Positions 29,138 to 38,514 of a stretch of DNA of 64,000 bases are shown here, piece after piece. Numbering within the stretch: the stretch's first letter is position 1; every line of letters begins with the position of its first letter. Below the pieces are notes generated by a model. It worked only from the letters and a program-made list of their open reading frames with translations, had not been told where the DNA came from and searched no databases. The DNA is from Patescibacteria group bacterium (lineage in GTDB: Bacteria > Patescibacteriota > Patescibacteriia > UM-FILTER-42-10). The translations under genes were made by a program, and so were the position numbers. The stretch lies in NCBI GenBank assembly GCA_041666845.1, contig JBAYGC010000002.1, positions 12,499 through 76,498 on the forward strand, in the 5' to 3' direction.

Positions 29138-29755
29138 ATGAAGAATATTCCCAAAGCTTCGCCGGCAGTGCGCGCGGTCGTAGCGGTCATATTAGTAGCA
29201 GGTATTAGTGTGACGTATCTTGTGAAAACTAAGCCGCTGATGTTTAATTTTGTAGCAGAAAAGATTGGAAGCATCGTTACACCCAAACAGCCACTTAATA
29301 ACGAACTGACGCCGGCACGCGATCTGCGTGGTAGCTGGAAGTCATCATTACTAGGAAAAGGCCTGCAGTTATACGGAAGACATACTACTGACGGAGCAAT
29401 CACTGATGTTTATGAAGATGGCGATATTGAACTGATTATTAATGATGTTAAAGATAATGTTGCAGTCGGCACAATGCGTTATACTAATCTTTGCAGTTGG
29501 GGAGAAACCACGGTCACCATTCCGGGCGCAGAAAGAGTCATTAGTGTGCCCAAAACCTGTGTTGCCGATACTGGCCAACAGGAAATCAGTATCCGAGTAA
29601 GTTCAAGCGCTCTGGATTTTGGAACAGTTTCTGTTGACGGTGTCACGGCAACCATGCAAGGCAGTTTTACAACCGATATTATGTCCGGCTCAATGACAGT
29701 GACTATGCCCGGAGGAATACTTAAGGGCACTTTCAATCTGTCACGACAGAAATAA
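29138..29755 (+). CDS. Membrane-anchored/secreted hypothetical protein
   Basis: N-terminal hydrophobic anchor AVRAVVAVILVAGISVTYLV, then a Thr/Gly/Ser-rich beta-like domain. Confidence 0.35.
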   Translation: MKNIPKASPAVRAVVAVILVAGISVTYLVKTKPLMFNFVAEKIGSIVTPKQPLNNELTPARDLRGSWKSSLLGKGLQLYGRHTTDGAITDVYEDGDIELIINDVKDNVAVGTMRYTNLCSWGETTVTIPGAERVISVPKTCVADTGQQEISIRVSSSALDFGTVSVDGVTATMQGSFTTDIMSGSMTVTMPGGILKGTFNLSRQK

Positions 29756-29815
29756 TTTATCACAGACTAATTTAATAAAATATTAGCTGAACTTTAGCTG
29801 ATTGCCAGATAAATA

Positions 29816-30817
29816 TCAAGCTATATTTTTGCTTTCGATTTTATCGCTTTCATCCTCTATCTCCCCCACCAATTCTTCCAACAGATCTTCCAGGGTGGCG
29901 ATACCGACCGCTTTTTGTTGCTTATCAACTACTACGGCAATATGGACGTGGGTTCTTTGAAAAATTTTGAATAAATATTTTATCTTAAAATCCTCATCAA
30001 CAATAATCGGTTTTTTTGCGACCTGCCTAATTTGAATATTGCCCTTATTCTTCACTAATTCCCGAGCGATATCTTTTACTAGAGCGATCCCTGCAATTTC
30101 CCGTTTATCTGATTCATAAACCGGCACACGCGAATAGCCGCTCAAAACAATTTCACTCATCGCATCCGAAATCGTCTTCTGACCGAAAAGCATAAACACG
30201 TTTTTTAACGGCACCATTATCTCCTTGGCGGATATATCACTGAACTTTAGCGCCCGGTTCATAATATATTGCTCATGCGGCTCAATCACGTTTTTCTCCA
30301 CGCCGAACTGAATCATCTCCTTGATTTCGGTTTCAGTAATCAGCTCCTGGTCCTGTACCCTAACCATCTTGTGCATCATGCTTGTTATCCACTCCAAAAA
30401 CCAGGTTATCGGGAAGATAATAACTCCGAACAAATATATGGGACGTGAGATCCATAAGGCAATTCTTCCCGCGTATCTGTTAGCAAAAGTTTTTGGCGTA
30501 ATTTCACTAAAAATCAATATAAGCAAGGTCAATAAGCCGGTTGCCAAGCCCAGTGCGGCGGAACCGAAAGTATCATTCACAATAATTGACGTAAGCGAGG
30601 CGGCTGAAATGTTTGCCACGTTATTGCCGATCAAAACGACAATGATCATTCTTCTTGGATTCTTTTTAAGTTTATGCAGAGTTCCGGCCCCTCTTTTTTT
30701 CTGTTTCAAATACGTGCGCACCTTAACATCGGTCACCGAAAGCAAAGCAACTTCCGCCGCGGAAAAGAACCCAGCGAGTGCCAATAGTACAATTAATATA
30801 AAAACATTGATTAGCAT
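29816..30817 (-). CDS. CNNM/HlyC/CorC family transporter (DUF21 + CBS pair)
   Basis: N-terminal DUF21 TM domain followed by tandem CBS domains. Confidence 0.8.
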   Translation of the reverse strand: MLINVFILIVLLALAGFFSAAEVALLSVTDVKVRTYLKQKKRGAGTLHKLKKNPRRMIIVVLIGNNVANISAASLTSIIVNDTFGSAALGLATGLLTLLILIFSEITPKTFANRYAGRIALWISRPIYLFGVIIFPITWFLEWITSMMHKMVRVQDQELITETEIKEMIQFGVEKNVIEPHEQYIMNRALKFSDISAKEIMVPLKNVFMLFGQKTISDAMSEIVLSGYSRVPVYESDKREIAGIALVKDIARELVKNKGNIQIRQVAKKPIIVDEDFKIKYLFKIFQRTHVHIAVVVDKQQKAVGIATLEDLLEELVGEIEDESDKIESKNIA

Positions 30818-30819
30818 AT

Positions 30820-31398
30820 TTATTTTATTACCTCAACACCAAATTTTTTTAGCGCTCCCGTTAGTTTGTAAATCGGCAGTCCGACAATACTGAAAAAGTC
30901 CCCTTCCAATTTACGGATCAGTACAGCGCCATATCCCTGCACAGCAAACGCCCCCGCTTTATCCAAAGGTTCCCGCGTTCTAATATACCAATCTATTTCC
31001 ATGGGCGACAGTTTCTTGATAAAAACCTTAGCGGTACTATAGTCAGAGTGTTTCCTTTTCGTCTTCGCGTCAACTATAGCAAATCCGGTAATAACACTGA
31101 CGGCCTTTCCGCTGATCATTTTCAGCATTTTTCGAGCATCTGCTTTGTCTTTTGGCTTGCCTAAAAGTTTCTTGCCAAGAACCACAAATGTATCCGCGCC
31201 GATCACAACCCCGCTGCTGTGCTTTTCCGCCACTGCTTTAGCTTTATTCACAGCCAAATGTTTAGCCAGATCAATCGGTAATAGTTTCAGACCCATATCT
31301 TCAGTATATTGACTGTCTTCCACGGAAAATTTTATATTCAATTTTTTCAGCAGTTCAATCCTCCGGGGAGATGTTGAAGCGAGAATAATCTTTTTCAT
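30820..31398 (-). CDS. maf: Maf-like nucleoside triphosphate pyrophosphatase
   Basis: ILASTSPRRIELL N-terminus and Maf family length. Confidence 0.85.
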   Translation of the reverse strand: MKKIILASTSPRRIELLKKLNIKFSVEDSQYTEDMGLKLLPIDLAKHLAVNKAKAVAEKHSSGVVIGADTFVVLGKKLLGKPKDKADARKMLKMISGKAVSVITGFAIVDAKTKRKHSDYSTAKVFIKKLSPMEIDWYIRTREPLDKAGAFAVQGYGAVLIRKLEGDFFSIVGLPIYKLTGALKKFGVEVIK

Positions 31399-31399
31399 A

Positions 31400-32110
31400 T
31401 TAATATCGCACGTTTTTAGACATAATTTTTTTGAACAGATATATCGGCACAGTAACGATTAATGCAAAAAATTCCATTAACGCACCTAATGATACCACGC
31501 GACCCAGATATTTGTTAACCAATGTTGCCAGAGCTTCTTCACCAACACTGTAATGAATCATCAATCCGCCTAGAATTATAAGAAACAAAATTCCCCAGAT
31601 TGCGTTTTTAATATCAACGGTACTCGGAGCGATAGAGGCCGAAATGCCCGTGGCCAGATATAAAAATAGCCAAAACATCCAATCATTACTATATGATCTG
31701 AAAAAATCCAGCGCACTTTGAAAAAGCACGTTTACATTTTGTAAAAATGTTGCGGAGAAATCAATGTTCGGCAAAGCATTATGATAACCAAAGAGGACAA
31801 ACAGCCCCCATAATGACAGCGAACAGCCGACCAGCGGAGCAAGTCCAATTATGGGCTTACCGATAATCGGCACTCTTGGCTGTCCGTGCTCCACCTCTCC
31901 CCCTTCGGGAGCAAAAAACCTGATGCGTACAATACGTGCGCGAACTAATACGCAGGCGATTGCGTGGCTCAACTCATGAATGATTATCCCGAGTGTGATA
32001 AACCAGCGATAGCCATGTCTGGGAAAAATTCTGCTCCACAAAAAATCCAACAAAAAACTGAATATAATCAACAGTGCAAACCACATCAGAAACGCCAGAT
32101 AGTTTGACAT
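31400..32110 (-). CDS. Membrane zinc metallopeptidase-like protein (M50B-like, HExxH in TM helix)
   Basis: HELSHA inside a TM segment and polytopic topology. Confidence 0.45.
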   Translation of the reverse strand: MSNYLAFLMWFALLIIFSFLLDFLWSRIFPRHGYRWFITLGIIIHELSHAIACVLVRARIVRIRFFAPEGGEVEHGQPRVPIIGKPIIGLAPLVGCSLSLWGLFVLFGYHNALPNIDFSATFLQNVNVLFQSALDFFRSYSNDWMFWLFLYLATGISASIAPSTVDIKNAIWGILFLIILGGLMIHYSVGEEALATLVNKYLGRVVSLGALMEFFALIVTVPIYLFKKIMSKNVRY

Positions 32111-32129
32111 ATGATTATTCAGTTAATAA

Positions 32130-32594
32130 TTATTGGCCGATATATGAACTTTGAACTCTGAAGGCGCTCGTACTGGTTGCTCCGGCCGATTCAAAATATT
32201 CGCCGGCTTGATTTACAAGTCTAATTCTGAGGATATAATCGCCCTCATCGACCGTTCTGACCATCTGGCTACCGCCTTTGCTTAGGACGTTATATGATCC
32301 GGACACGATTATTAACGTTTCTCCATTTTTTATCAATTCCAGCTCAACTCTTTGCACTGCCTGAGTTTCTCCGGACAATACGTATTGAGCAACTAACGGA
32401 CCTGGATTCATAACCGCGCTATTTGCCGGAGACAATATTTGTACAGAAGGCTCCTCGTCAACCGTAATTGCTTCCTTCACATTCGAGTTGTTATTATTTT
32501 CATCCCTAAAATAATTATTCTGGTCAAACCATGTCCATGTCAAAACTAGTGCTGATAATACGGCAATGATAATTATGATTTTTTTATTGGTCAT
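32130..32594 (-). CDS. Membrane-anchored secreted hypothetical protein
   Basis: N-terminal signal anchor. No recognisable motif. Confidence 0.3.
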   Translation of the reverse strand: MTNKKIIIIIAVLSALVLTWTWFDQNNYFRDENNNNSNVKEAITVDEEPSVQILSPANSAVMNPGPLVAQYVLSGETQAVQRVELELIKNGETLIIVSGSYNVLSKGGSQMVRTVDEGDYILRIRLVNQAGEYFESAGATSTSAFRVQSSYIGQ

Positions 32595-32944
32595 TATGAT
32601 AATCCTAATTCAGCTTTAGCATTTTCTTTTACCATATCTGGCGTCCAAGGCGGATCCCAGACCAAGAACACCTTAACCTTATCCACATTTGGTAACTTTT
32701 CCAGCACATCTTGAGCTTGTCTGGTAATCGGTCCGGCCAGCGGACACCCAGGAAAAGTCAAAGTCATCTTAAGCGTAACGGAATTATTTCGAACAGTTAG
32801 TTGATAAACAAGTCCCAGATCAACGATATTAATCCCCAATTCCGGATCCATCACTTCCCTTAACGCTTCTTCGGCAGTTTTTTTTGTTATTTTGTCTTTA
32901 ATCTTTTTGATGGGCTTATTCTTATTCATATCGCAAGGCATCAA
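32594..32944 (-). CDS. DUF59/MIP18 (SufT-like) Fe-S assembly family protein
   Basis: Family layout including the conserved Cys in TFPGCPL. Confidence 0.6.
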   Translation of the reverse strand: MMPCDMNKNKPIKKIKDKITKKTAEEALREVMDPELGINIVDLGLVYQLTVRNNSVTLKMTLTFPGCPLAGPITRQAQDVLEKLPNVDKVKVFLVWDPPWTPDMVKENAKAELGLS

Positions 32945-34160
32945 TCGGATTTTTTCTAGCGGCTTTTGATGCCGGCATAATACCGAATACTATCCCGACA
33001 AAAACAGAAACGCCGAAAGCTAAAGCCAGCGAATAAACAGTAATTAACGCCGGGATACCGTAGTATTTGGTAATTAGTTGCGTTACCACATAAGCAAGGC
33101 CGACCCCTATAAATCCGCCCAGTAGACTCAAGACGCTAGATTCTATTAAAAACTGGGACAGAATGTTCATGCCCGATGCGCCAAGTGCTTTTCGAATGCC
33201 GATCTCTCTTGTCCGCTCCGTTACAGACACTAGCATGATATTCATGATTCCAATACCACCGACAATTAATGATATCGCGGCTATGCCAACAATCGCGTTG
33301 GTTAAAATGCCAAAAAAATCATCAAAGAGATCCAGCATATCGTCAGTTGTTAATACTGAAAAATCCTTTATTCCTTTGTGGCGTTCTAACATTAGATCAT
33401 TGATTATATCAACTCCTGGGGCAACCGCTTCGGTCGAATTGAAATTGATCATTATCCTGAAAATATTCAGTGCTTCAAGTGTATCCTCAGCCGTACTGAT
33501 TGGTATAGTATACGCTTCGTGCAGATTCGGCATCTGACTTGTCATCATATTGCTATCCTCGCCACCACCGCTTAAAAACCCCACTTCGGTTTCCACGACT
33601 CCAATCACCTCAAATTCTTCTTCTAAAACTTTTACTTTCTGTCCGATTGGCGATCCTTCAAAATCGCGCTTTGCGGCATCACGACCAACAAGTATTACTT
33701 TCGCTTTATTTTTAATATCCTCTGCAGAAATATATCTTCCTTCAGTAGACTTAATATCAACTATTTTATTCATCTGATCGTTTGTTGCTAAAACCATCGG
33801 CAGATAAGGATTGCCTACTGGAGGAGTTACAGCACTTGGCACAATCATGAGCGGTGCAACTGCTTTCACATTTTCCACCTCGCTAATTGCATCCACATCC
33901 CCCATTGTTAATGAAGACATACTCATAAATGAAGTCGGATTCATTTCACCATTAGTAATATCCCCTGCGATCACAGCTGCTAAATTTCCGCCTAACGAAT
34001 CAACTGCACCGGTAAATTCTTGCTTTACCCCGTCTCCGATACTGACTAATGTGATAACAGAAAATACTCCTATAATAATGCCGAGCATAGTCAATACGGA
34101 CCGCATGCGATTGGCCCAGATTGCTGATAATGCAAAGCGGATACTTTCAAAGATGTTCAT
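32922..34160 (-). CDS. ABC transporter permease, MacB/FtsX type with large extracytoplasmic domain
   Basis: N-terminal TM helix, about 250-aa periplasmic domain, and C-terminal FtsX 3-TM domain. Confidence 0.75.
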   Translation of the reverse strand: MNIFESIRFALSAIWANRMRSVLTMLGIIIGVFSVITLVSIGDGVKQEFTGAVDSLGGNLAAVIAGDITNGEMNPTSFMSMSSLTMGDVDAISEVENVKAVAPLMIVPSAVTPPVGNPYLPMVLATNDQMNKIVDIKSTEGRYISAEDIKNKAKVILVGRDAAKRDFEGSPIGQKVKVLEEEFEVIGVVETEVGFLSGGGEDSNMMTSQMPNLHEAYTIPISTAEDTLEALNIFRIMINFNSTEAVAPGVDIINDLMLERHKGIKDFSVLTTDDMLDLFDDFFGILTNAIVGIAAISLIVGGIGIMNIMLVSVTERTREIGIRKALGASGMNILSQFLIESSVLSLLGGFIGVGLAYVVTQLITKYYGIPALITVYSLALAFGVSVFVGIVFGIMPASKAARKNPIDALRYE

Positions 34161-34843
34161 ACATTTGCTCCTTCCAATTCGCCGTCCACAATTCTTATTG
34201 TTTTATTCGCCCACTTTGCTATCTCCGGATCGTGAGTAACTATTAGCAATGTCGTTCCTTTTTGATTAGCCGCTTTCAGTAGTTCCATAATTTCCCTTCC
34301 TGTTTTAGTATCTAAATTGCCGGTCGGCTCGTCCGCTAAAATTATCTCCGGTTGATTGACTAAAGCTCTGGCGATTGCCGCCCTTTGTGCTTCGCCACCG
34401 GAAAGCTCATTCGGCTTATGATGCATTCGCTCGGTGATTCCCACCGACTTTATTGCATCCAATACTTTTTGTTTTCTTTTAGCTCTTGGCTCTTTGGCAT
34501 AAATTAGTGGGAGCTCGACATTTTTATAAACCGAATACCTCGGCAATAGGTTATAGCTTTGGAAAATGAATCCGATTTTCTTTCCGCGCATTTTTGGAAA
34601 TTCTCGTTTGGCAATTTCCAATATATTCTGACCATCTAGTTCGTATAAACCGTCTGTCGGCCAGTCTAATAGACCGATAATGTTCATCAACGATGATTTA
34701 CCCGACCCCGACGGACCCATAAATGCAATAAAATCCCCTTTTTCTATTTCGAGGGAAACACGTTTAATTACCGGAAGAAATCTTTTCTTGCCTAATTGAT
34801 ATGACTTATCAATTTTATGTAGCTTAATTACTGGTTTTGCCAT
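34157..34843 (-). CDS. ABC transporter ATP-binding protein (MacB/LolD-like)
   Basis: Walker A GPSGSGKSS, signature LSGGEAQRAAIARAL, and Walker B ILADEPTGNLD. Confidence 0.85.
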   Translation of the reverse strand: MAKPVIKLHKIDKSYQLGKKRFLPVIKRVSLEIEKGDFIAFMGPSGSGKSSLMNIIGLLDWPTDGLYELDGQNILEIAKREFPKMRGKKIGFIFQSYNLLPRYSVYKNVELPLIYAKEPRAKRKQKVLDAIKSVGITERMHHKPNELSGGEAQRAAIARALVNQPEIILADEPTGNLDTKTGREIMELLKAANQKGTTLLIVTHDPEIAKWANKTIRIVDGELEGANV

Positions 34844-35119
34844 CTATTTATTTCTTTTAACTATCAGGAAAATAAAACTAATGAACAAAGTTACGAGCGT
34901 AATTAGTTCAGCGAACATTATTGACACCGGGCTGGTTTGCACAAAAAATATTCTTGAAATGTAGTATATCGCGCCAAAAACAATTATATTGAGAACTACC
35001 AGATACGCAAACTTCATTACCAGCGACATATGACCTGCCGGAAGCATTCTTTCAGGATTCTCCTCCTGTTTATTAAACATTTTAGTCGAATTATTTTTTA
35101 CACTGTTTTTTCCAGCCAT
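34844..35119 (-). CDS. Small membrane protein
   Basis: Two TM helices. Co-operonic with the ABC exporter. Confidence 0.3.
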   Translation of the reverse strand: MAGKNSVKNNSTKMFNKQEENPERMLPAGHMSLVMKFAYLVVLNIIVFGAIYYISRIFFVQTSPVSIMFAELITLVTLFISFIFLIVKRNK

Positions 35120-35155
35120 TGAATTATTATTAATGGTTAACTTTAATATTATAGC

Positions 35156-36085
35156 TTATTTCGCCACCAATTTCAACAATTTCACCCCCACAGAATATGG
35201 GACGGTTCTGTTCTTTGCAATATGTCCTAGTGGTAATCCTGGAATTTTTTTATTATGAAAATCACTGCCACCGGTAACATGGAGATTATTACGCTCAGCA
35301 AATTTCAGCAGATTTTTAATATCCTTTATATAATGATCCGACGCATAAGCTTCTACTCCATCTAAACCCATCTTTTTTAATGCAAGCAGATTATTTGACC
35401 ATGTTCCTTTTACCGGCCACAGGGATAAATCCGGGGAATATCTTCTGCCTAGTGGATGGGAAATAAATGCAAACCCTCCCGCATCATGGATCAGTTTGAT
35501 CACCTGTCTGGCGGTAAGATTCTTTTTTTCTGCATATGCGACTGCGCCCTTAACCAAATATTTTGCAATAAACTCAGAACGGTCAGGTATAAACCCGAAA
35601 TTTTTAATCAATATTTTATTATTCCTTTTGTCAAATATCACCTGGTCAGCAAGGTGCGGACGTCCGATAATTTTTTCAGCCCTTTTCTTTACCCCAACAT
35701 AACTGACCACATAACCAAGCCGGTTAAGATTAGAAATCATCTTTTTAATGCGGGCAATTCTGCCTTTTACATAAAACTGCCCGGCTTTTTTTATCGCAAC
35801 GTGCTGATAATCAAATCCGTATCCTAATAAATGTAATTCTTCCCCTTTAAAGGTAACTGTTATCTCAATTCCGGAAATAAACGGAAAACCGTATTGCTTA
35901 GCCGCTTTTTCGACCTCATACATACCATCAGCAGAATCATGATCACAGACAACCAGTATTTTTACACCGGACTTTTTCGCCATACGAAAAAGCTCTGATG
36001 GCGTCAATGATCCGTCAGAGTAAACAGAATGCACCTGCAAATCAACCAGTTTCTTTTTGCTTTTCATTATATTATTATATCTCAT
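35156..36085 (-). CDS. PHP domain phosphoesterase
   Basis: N-terminal DLQVHSVYSDGS and the downstream His/Asp pattern of PHP domains. Confidence 0.7.
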   Translation of the reverse strand: MRYNNIMKSKKKLVDLQVHSVYSDGSLTPSELFRMAKKSGVKILVVCDHDSADGMYEVEKAAKQYGFPFISGIEITVTFKGEELHLLGYGFDYQHVAIKKAGQFYVKGRIARIKKMISNLNRLGYVVSYVGVKKRAEKIIGRPHLADQVIFDKRNNKILIKNFGFIPDRSEFIAKYLVKGAVAYAEKKNLTARQVIKLIHDAGGFAFISHPLGRRYSPDLSLWPVKGTWSNNLLALKKMGLDGVEAYASDHYIKDIKNLLKFAERNNLHVTGGSDFHNKKIPGLPLGHIAKNRTVPYSVGVKLLKLVAK

Positions 36086-36098
36086 TTTACAGAATAAA

Positions 36099-36198
36099 TC
36101 CCGTTAGAAGCTACGTGAGGTATTAAAACCCGTATTCTCTATACCTTATATCCATTCATCCCCGTAGCGAGGTGTGAGGTATCCTGCTTCTAACGGGA
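36099..36198 (-). promoter_or_regulatory. Large stem-loop (13-bp perfect inverted repeat, 74-nt loop) in the leader of the PHP gene
   Basis: TCCCGTTAGAAGC (36099-36111) is the exact reverse complement of GCTTCTAACGGGA (36186-36198). The motif GTGAGGTAT is repeated inside the loop. Confidence 0.4.
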
Positions 36199-36236
36199 TA
36201 AAAAAACCTGTCAAAACTTCCGCAGTTAAGACAGGG
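36199..36236 (-). terminator. Intrinsic terminator of purH
   Basis: Minus-strand CCTGTC-(18 nt)-GACAGG hairpin followed by T7. Confidence 0.6.
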
Positions 36237-36262
36237 TCAGTGAAAAATGTGCAAACCGCCCA

Positions 36263-37855
36263 CTAGTGCCAGAACATCCGACGGCCGGTGAAGAGCATGG
36301 CGATGCCCAGCTCGTCCGCGGCCTTGATTGAGTCCTGGTCGCGCATCGATCCGCCCTGCTGGACGATCGTCTTGATGCCGAACTCGGCCGCCAGGCGCAC
36401 GCAGTCGTCGAACGGGAAGAAGCTGTCCGATACCAGCACAGCGTGGTGCAGATCCATGTTCTGCCCCTCCACGATGTTGCTGGCCTGCTCCAGCGCGAGC
36501 CGTGCCGACTTGATCCGGCTGGTCTGGCCGTTGCCGATGCCGATCGTCCGCTCCTTCCAGACCACGATCACGGAGTTGGACTTGACGTGCTTCGACACCT
36601 TGCAGCCGAACATAATATCCGGCCAGTAGCGATCCTTGATGCCGAGCTTGGTGACGCACCGGAACGACTTCCAGTCGAACGGCTCGGTGTCCATCCTCTG
36701 AACCACCATACCACCGGTCACCGGCTTGAAGTTCAGCATGCCCGGGGGCAGGCTGTTGGAAGTCAGCACACCCACCTCACCCAGCTTGAACAGCGGGGTC
36801 TGGGCCTTGGCGCGCTTCGCGGTGATGTGTTCGAGCGCACCCGGTGAGAATTCCAGTGCCACGATCGCATCCACCTTCTGCCTGCAGATCGCCTCGGCGA
36901 CTTCCTCCGTGACCACCGTGTTAATCACTACCACCCCACCGAACGCGGATTCCGGATCACACGCCATTGCGTTCTGGAAGGCACACAGCGTGCTGTCGCC
37001 GACGCCCACTCCGCACGGCGTACCGTGTTTGATGATGGCAGCTGCCAATTGCGGGTACAACTCGCGTACCGTCTCGATACCGGCGTTGATGTCCAGCACC
37101 GTCGTGGCCGAGAGCGACTTACCCCAGATCTGCCTGGCGTTCGCCGCAGTATAGCAATCCAGTCCGGGCTGTTCGTAGAGCGCCCCCGCCTGGTGCGGAT
37201 TCTCGCCGTAGCGCAGGTCGTGCTTCTTCCGCAGACGCTGAACCATCCGATCGGGGAAGCCGGGGAACCCGAGATGCCCTGCCAGCCAGTCAGAGATCGC
37301 GGCGTCATACCACGCAGTGTGGAGAAACGCCTCGTAGGCCAACTGCCGGCGCTCCGTATCGGTAAACCCCCACACGTTGATTCGCTTCAGCACCATACCA
37401 TACTGTTCGGGTGAGGTAACCACCACAACGTGCTGGTGATTCTTCGCGGCCGCGCGGATCAGTGCCACGCCACCAATGTCGATCTGCTCGATCGCGTCGT
37501 GGAACAGCACAGTTCCATCCGCCACCGTCTGCTCGAACGGATACAGATTGACGACGACCATGTCGAAGGGATAGATGCTGTGCTCGAACAGCTCTTGCAT
37601 GTGTCCTTCATCGTTCTGGTCCGCCAGAATTCCGCCGTGGATCTTCGGATGCAGAGTCTTCACCCGACCACCCAGAATCTCCGGAAAGCCGGTCACTTCT
37701 TCAACCGTCCTCACGGGAATCCCGGCTTCCGTCAGGTGCCTGGAAGTTCCGCCGGAAGAAACGATCTCCCAGCCGTGCTCAGCATGCACGCGGGCAAAGT
37801 CGATGATGCCGCGCTTGTCCGAAACGCTGATCAGAGCGCGCTGATTTGCTCGCAT
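36263..37855 (-). CDS. purH: Bifunctional AICAR transformylase / IMP cyclohydrolase
   Basis: MGS-like N-terminus ALISVSDKRGIIDFAR...GGTSRHL, AICARFT domain, 530 aa. About 60% GC with strong GC3 bias, unlike its neighbours. Confidence 0.9.
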   Translation of the reverse strand: MRANQRALISVSDKRGIIDFARVHAEHGWEIVSSGGTSRHLTEAGIPVRTVEEVTGFPEILGGRVKTLHPKIHGGILADQNDEGHMQELFEHSIYPFDMVVVNLYPFEQTVADGTVLFHDAIEQIDIGGVALIRAAAKNHQHVVVVTSPEQYGMVLKRINVWGFTDTERRQLAYEAFLHTAWYDAAISDWLAGHLGFPGFPDRMVQRLRKKHDLRYGENPHQAGALYEQPGLDCYTAANARQIWGKSLSATTVLDINAGIETVRELYPQLAAAIIKHGTPCGVGVGDSTLCAFQNAMACDPESAFGGVVVINTVVTEEVAEAICRQKVDAIVALEFSPGALEHITAKRAKAQTPLFKLGEVGVLTSNSLPPGMLNFKPVTGGMVVQRMDTEPFDWKSFRCVTKLGIKDRYWPDIMFGCKVSKHVKSNSVIVVWKERTIGIGNGQTSRIKSARLALEQASNIVEGQNMDLHHAVLVSDSFFPFDDCVRLAAEFGIKTIVQQGGSMRDQDSIKAADELGIAMLFTGRRMFWH

Positions 37856-37919
37856 TTCTGCCCCTTTCGTGGCAAAACGTGAATGTTTACCCCAAACAAC
37901 CGTTTGGAAAACGGTTTTT

Positions 37920-37948
37920 TAACTTATCACTCCAAACGGCGCAAGTCA
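37920..37948 (-). promoter_or_regulatory. Sigma70-like promoter (TTGACT-17-TAAGTT) for purH
   Basis: Found on the minus strand about 65 nt upstream of the purH ATG. A short hairpin CCGTTTTCCAAACGG lies in the leader. Confidence 0.35.
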
Positions 37949-37992
37949 AATCAAAAACAGGTGATTTTCACCCGCTTTTAATTCAAAAAATC

Positions 37993-38496
37993 TTATTTTG
38001 ATCTGATCCAGTTATCCAGGCTGAACCGATTTTTATGGCTTAAAGTAACTAATCCCGCCATAATCATAAACAGCAGATCCCTGACATATGTACTCCAGTC
38101 CAATGCACTTTCGGAATCAAAACAGCCACAAGCAAGCGTGCCACCCCTGTACAGCGCAATCAGAATCGCAATCATAAAACTTAACAGCATCAGATTTACA
38201 ATCGTAACGCTGAACCTGGTAAACAACCCCGCGAGCACAGCAAACCCGAACGTCAGCTCAACCCAAGGCAGTGTATAGCCGTACCATGTTTCCAGCGGAT
38301 CAGGCAGAATATTATACCCCCTGACTGTCGCCATAAATTCATCCGGTGCCGGAATCTTTGACATGGCCGCCATAATGAAGATCGCACCTAGCAATATCCG
38401 GAAGATCAGTGTTGCATAATCATTCACAAATATTTTATTCATTCCGAATACTACTTTTTGATAAAACGACTTTTTTTGTATGTTAATATCGTTCAT
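37993..38496 (-). CDS. MauE/DoxX-like membrane protein
   Basis: Four TM helices and a CGCF motif, as in MauE-family proteins. Tentative. Confidence 0.4.
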   Translation of the reverse strand: MNDINIQKKSFYQKVVFGMNKIFVNDYATLIFRILLGAIFIMAAMSKIPAPDEFMATVRGYNILPDPLETWYGYTLPWVELTFGFAVLAGLFTRFSVTIVNLMLLSFMIAILIALYRGGTLACGCFDSESALDWSTYVRDLLFMIMAGLVTLSHKNRFSLDNWIRSK

Positions 38497-38514
38497 TCAA
38501 TTTTCCTTCTAGTT

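Noticed and set aside
36237-37900. Numerous overlapping ORFs on both strands across purH (e.g. 36237-36659, 36288-36629, 36443-36847, 36726-37154, 36928-37308, 37025-37414, 37430-37882)
   Set aside because: These are the spurious long ORFs expected in 60% GC DNA. Only the 530-aa PurH frame has recognisable protein motifs.
37856-37992. ZTP (pfl) or purine riboswitch in the purH leader
   Set aside because: The leader has a small hairpin (CCGTTTTCCAAACGG) but lacks the GGGUCGUGAC...CCGCCUGGGCA pseudoknot consensus of ZTP and the purine-riboswitch core.
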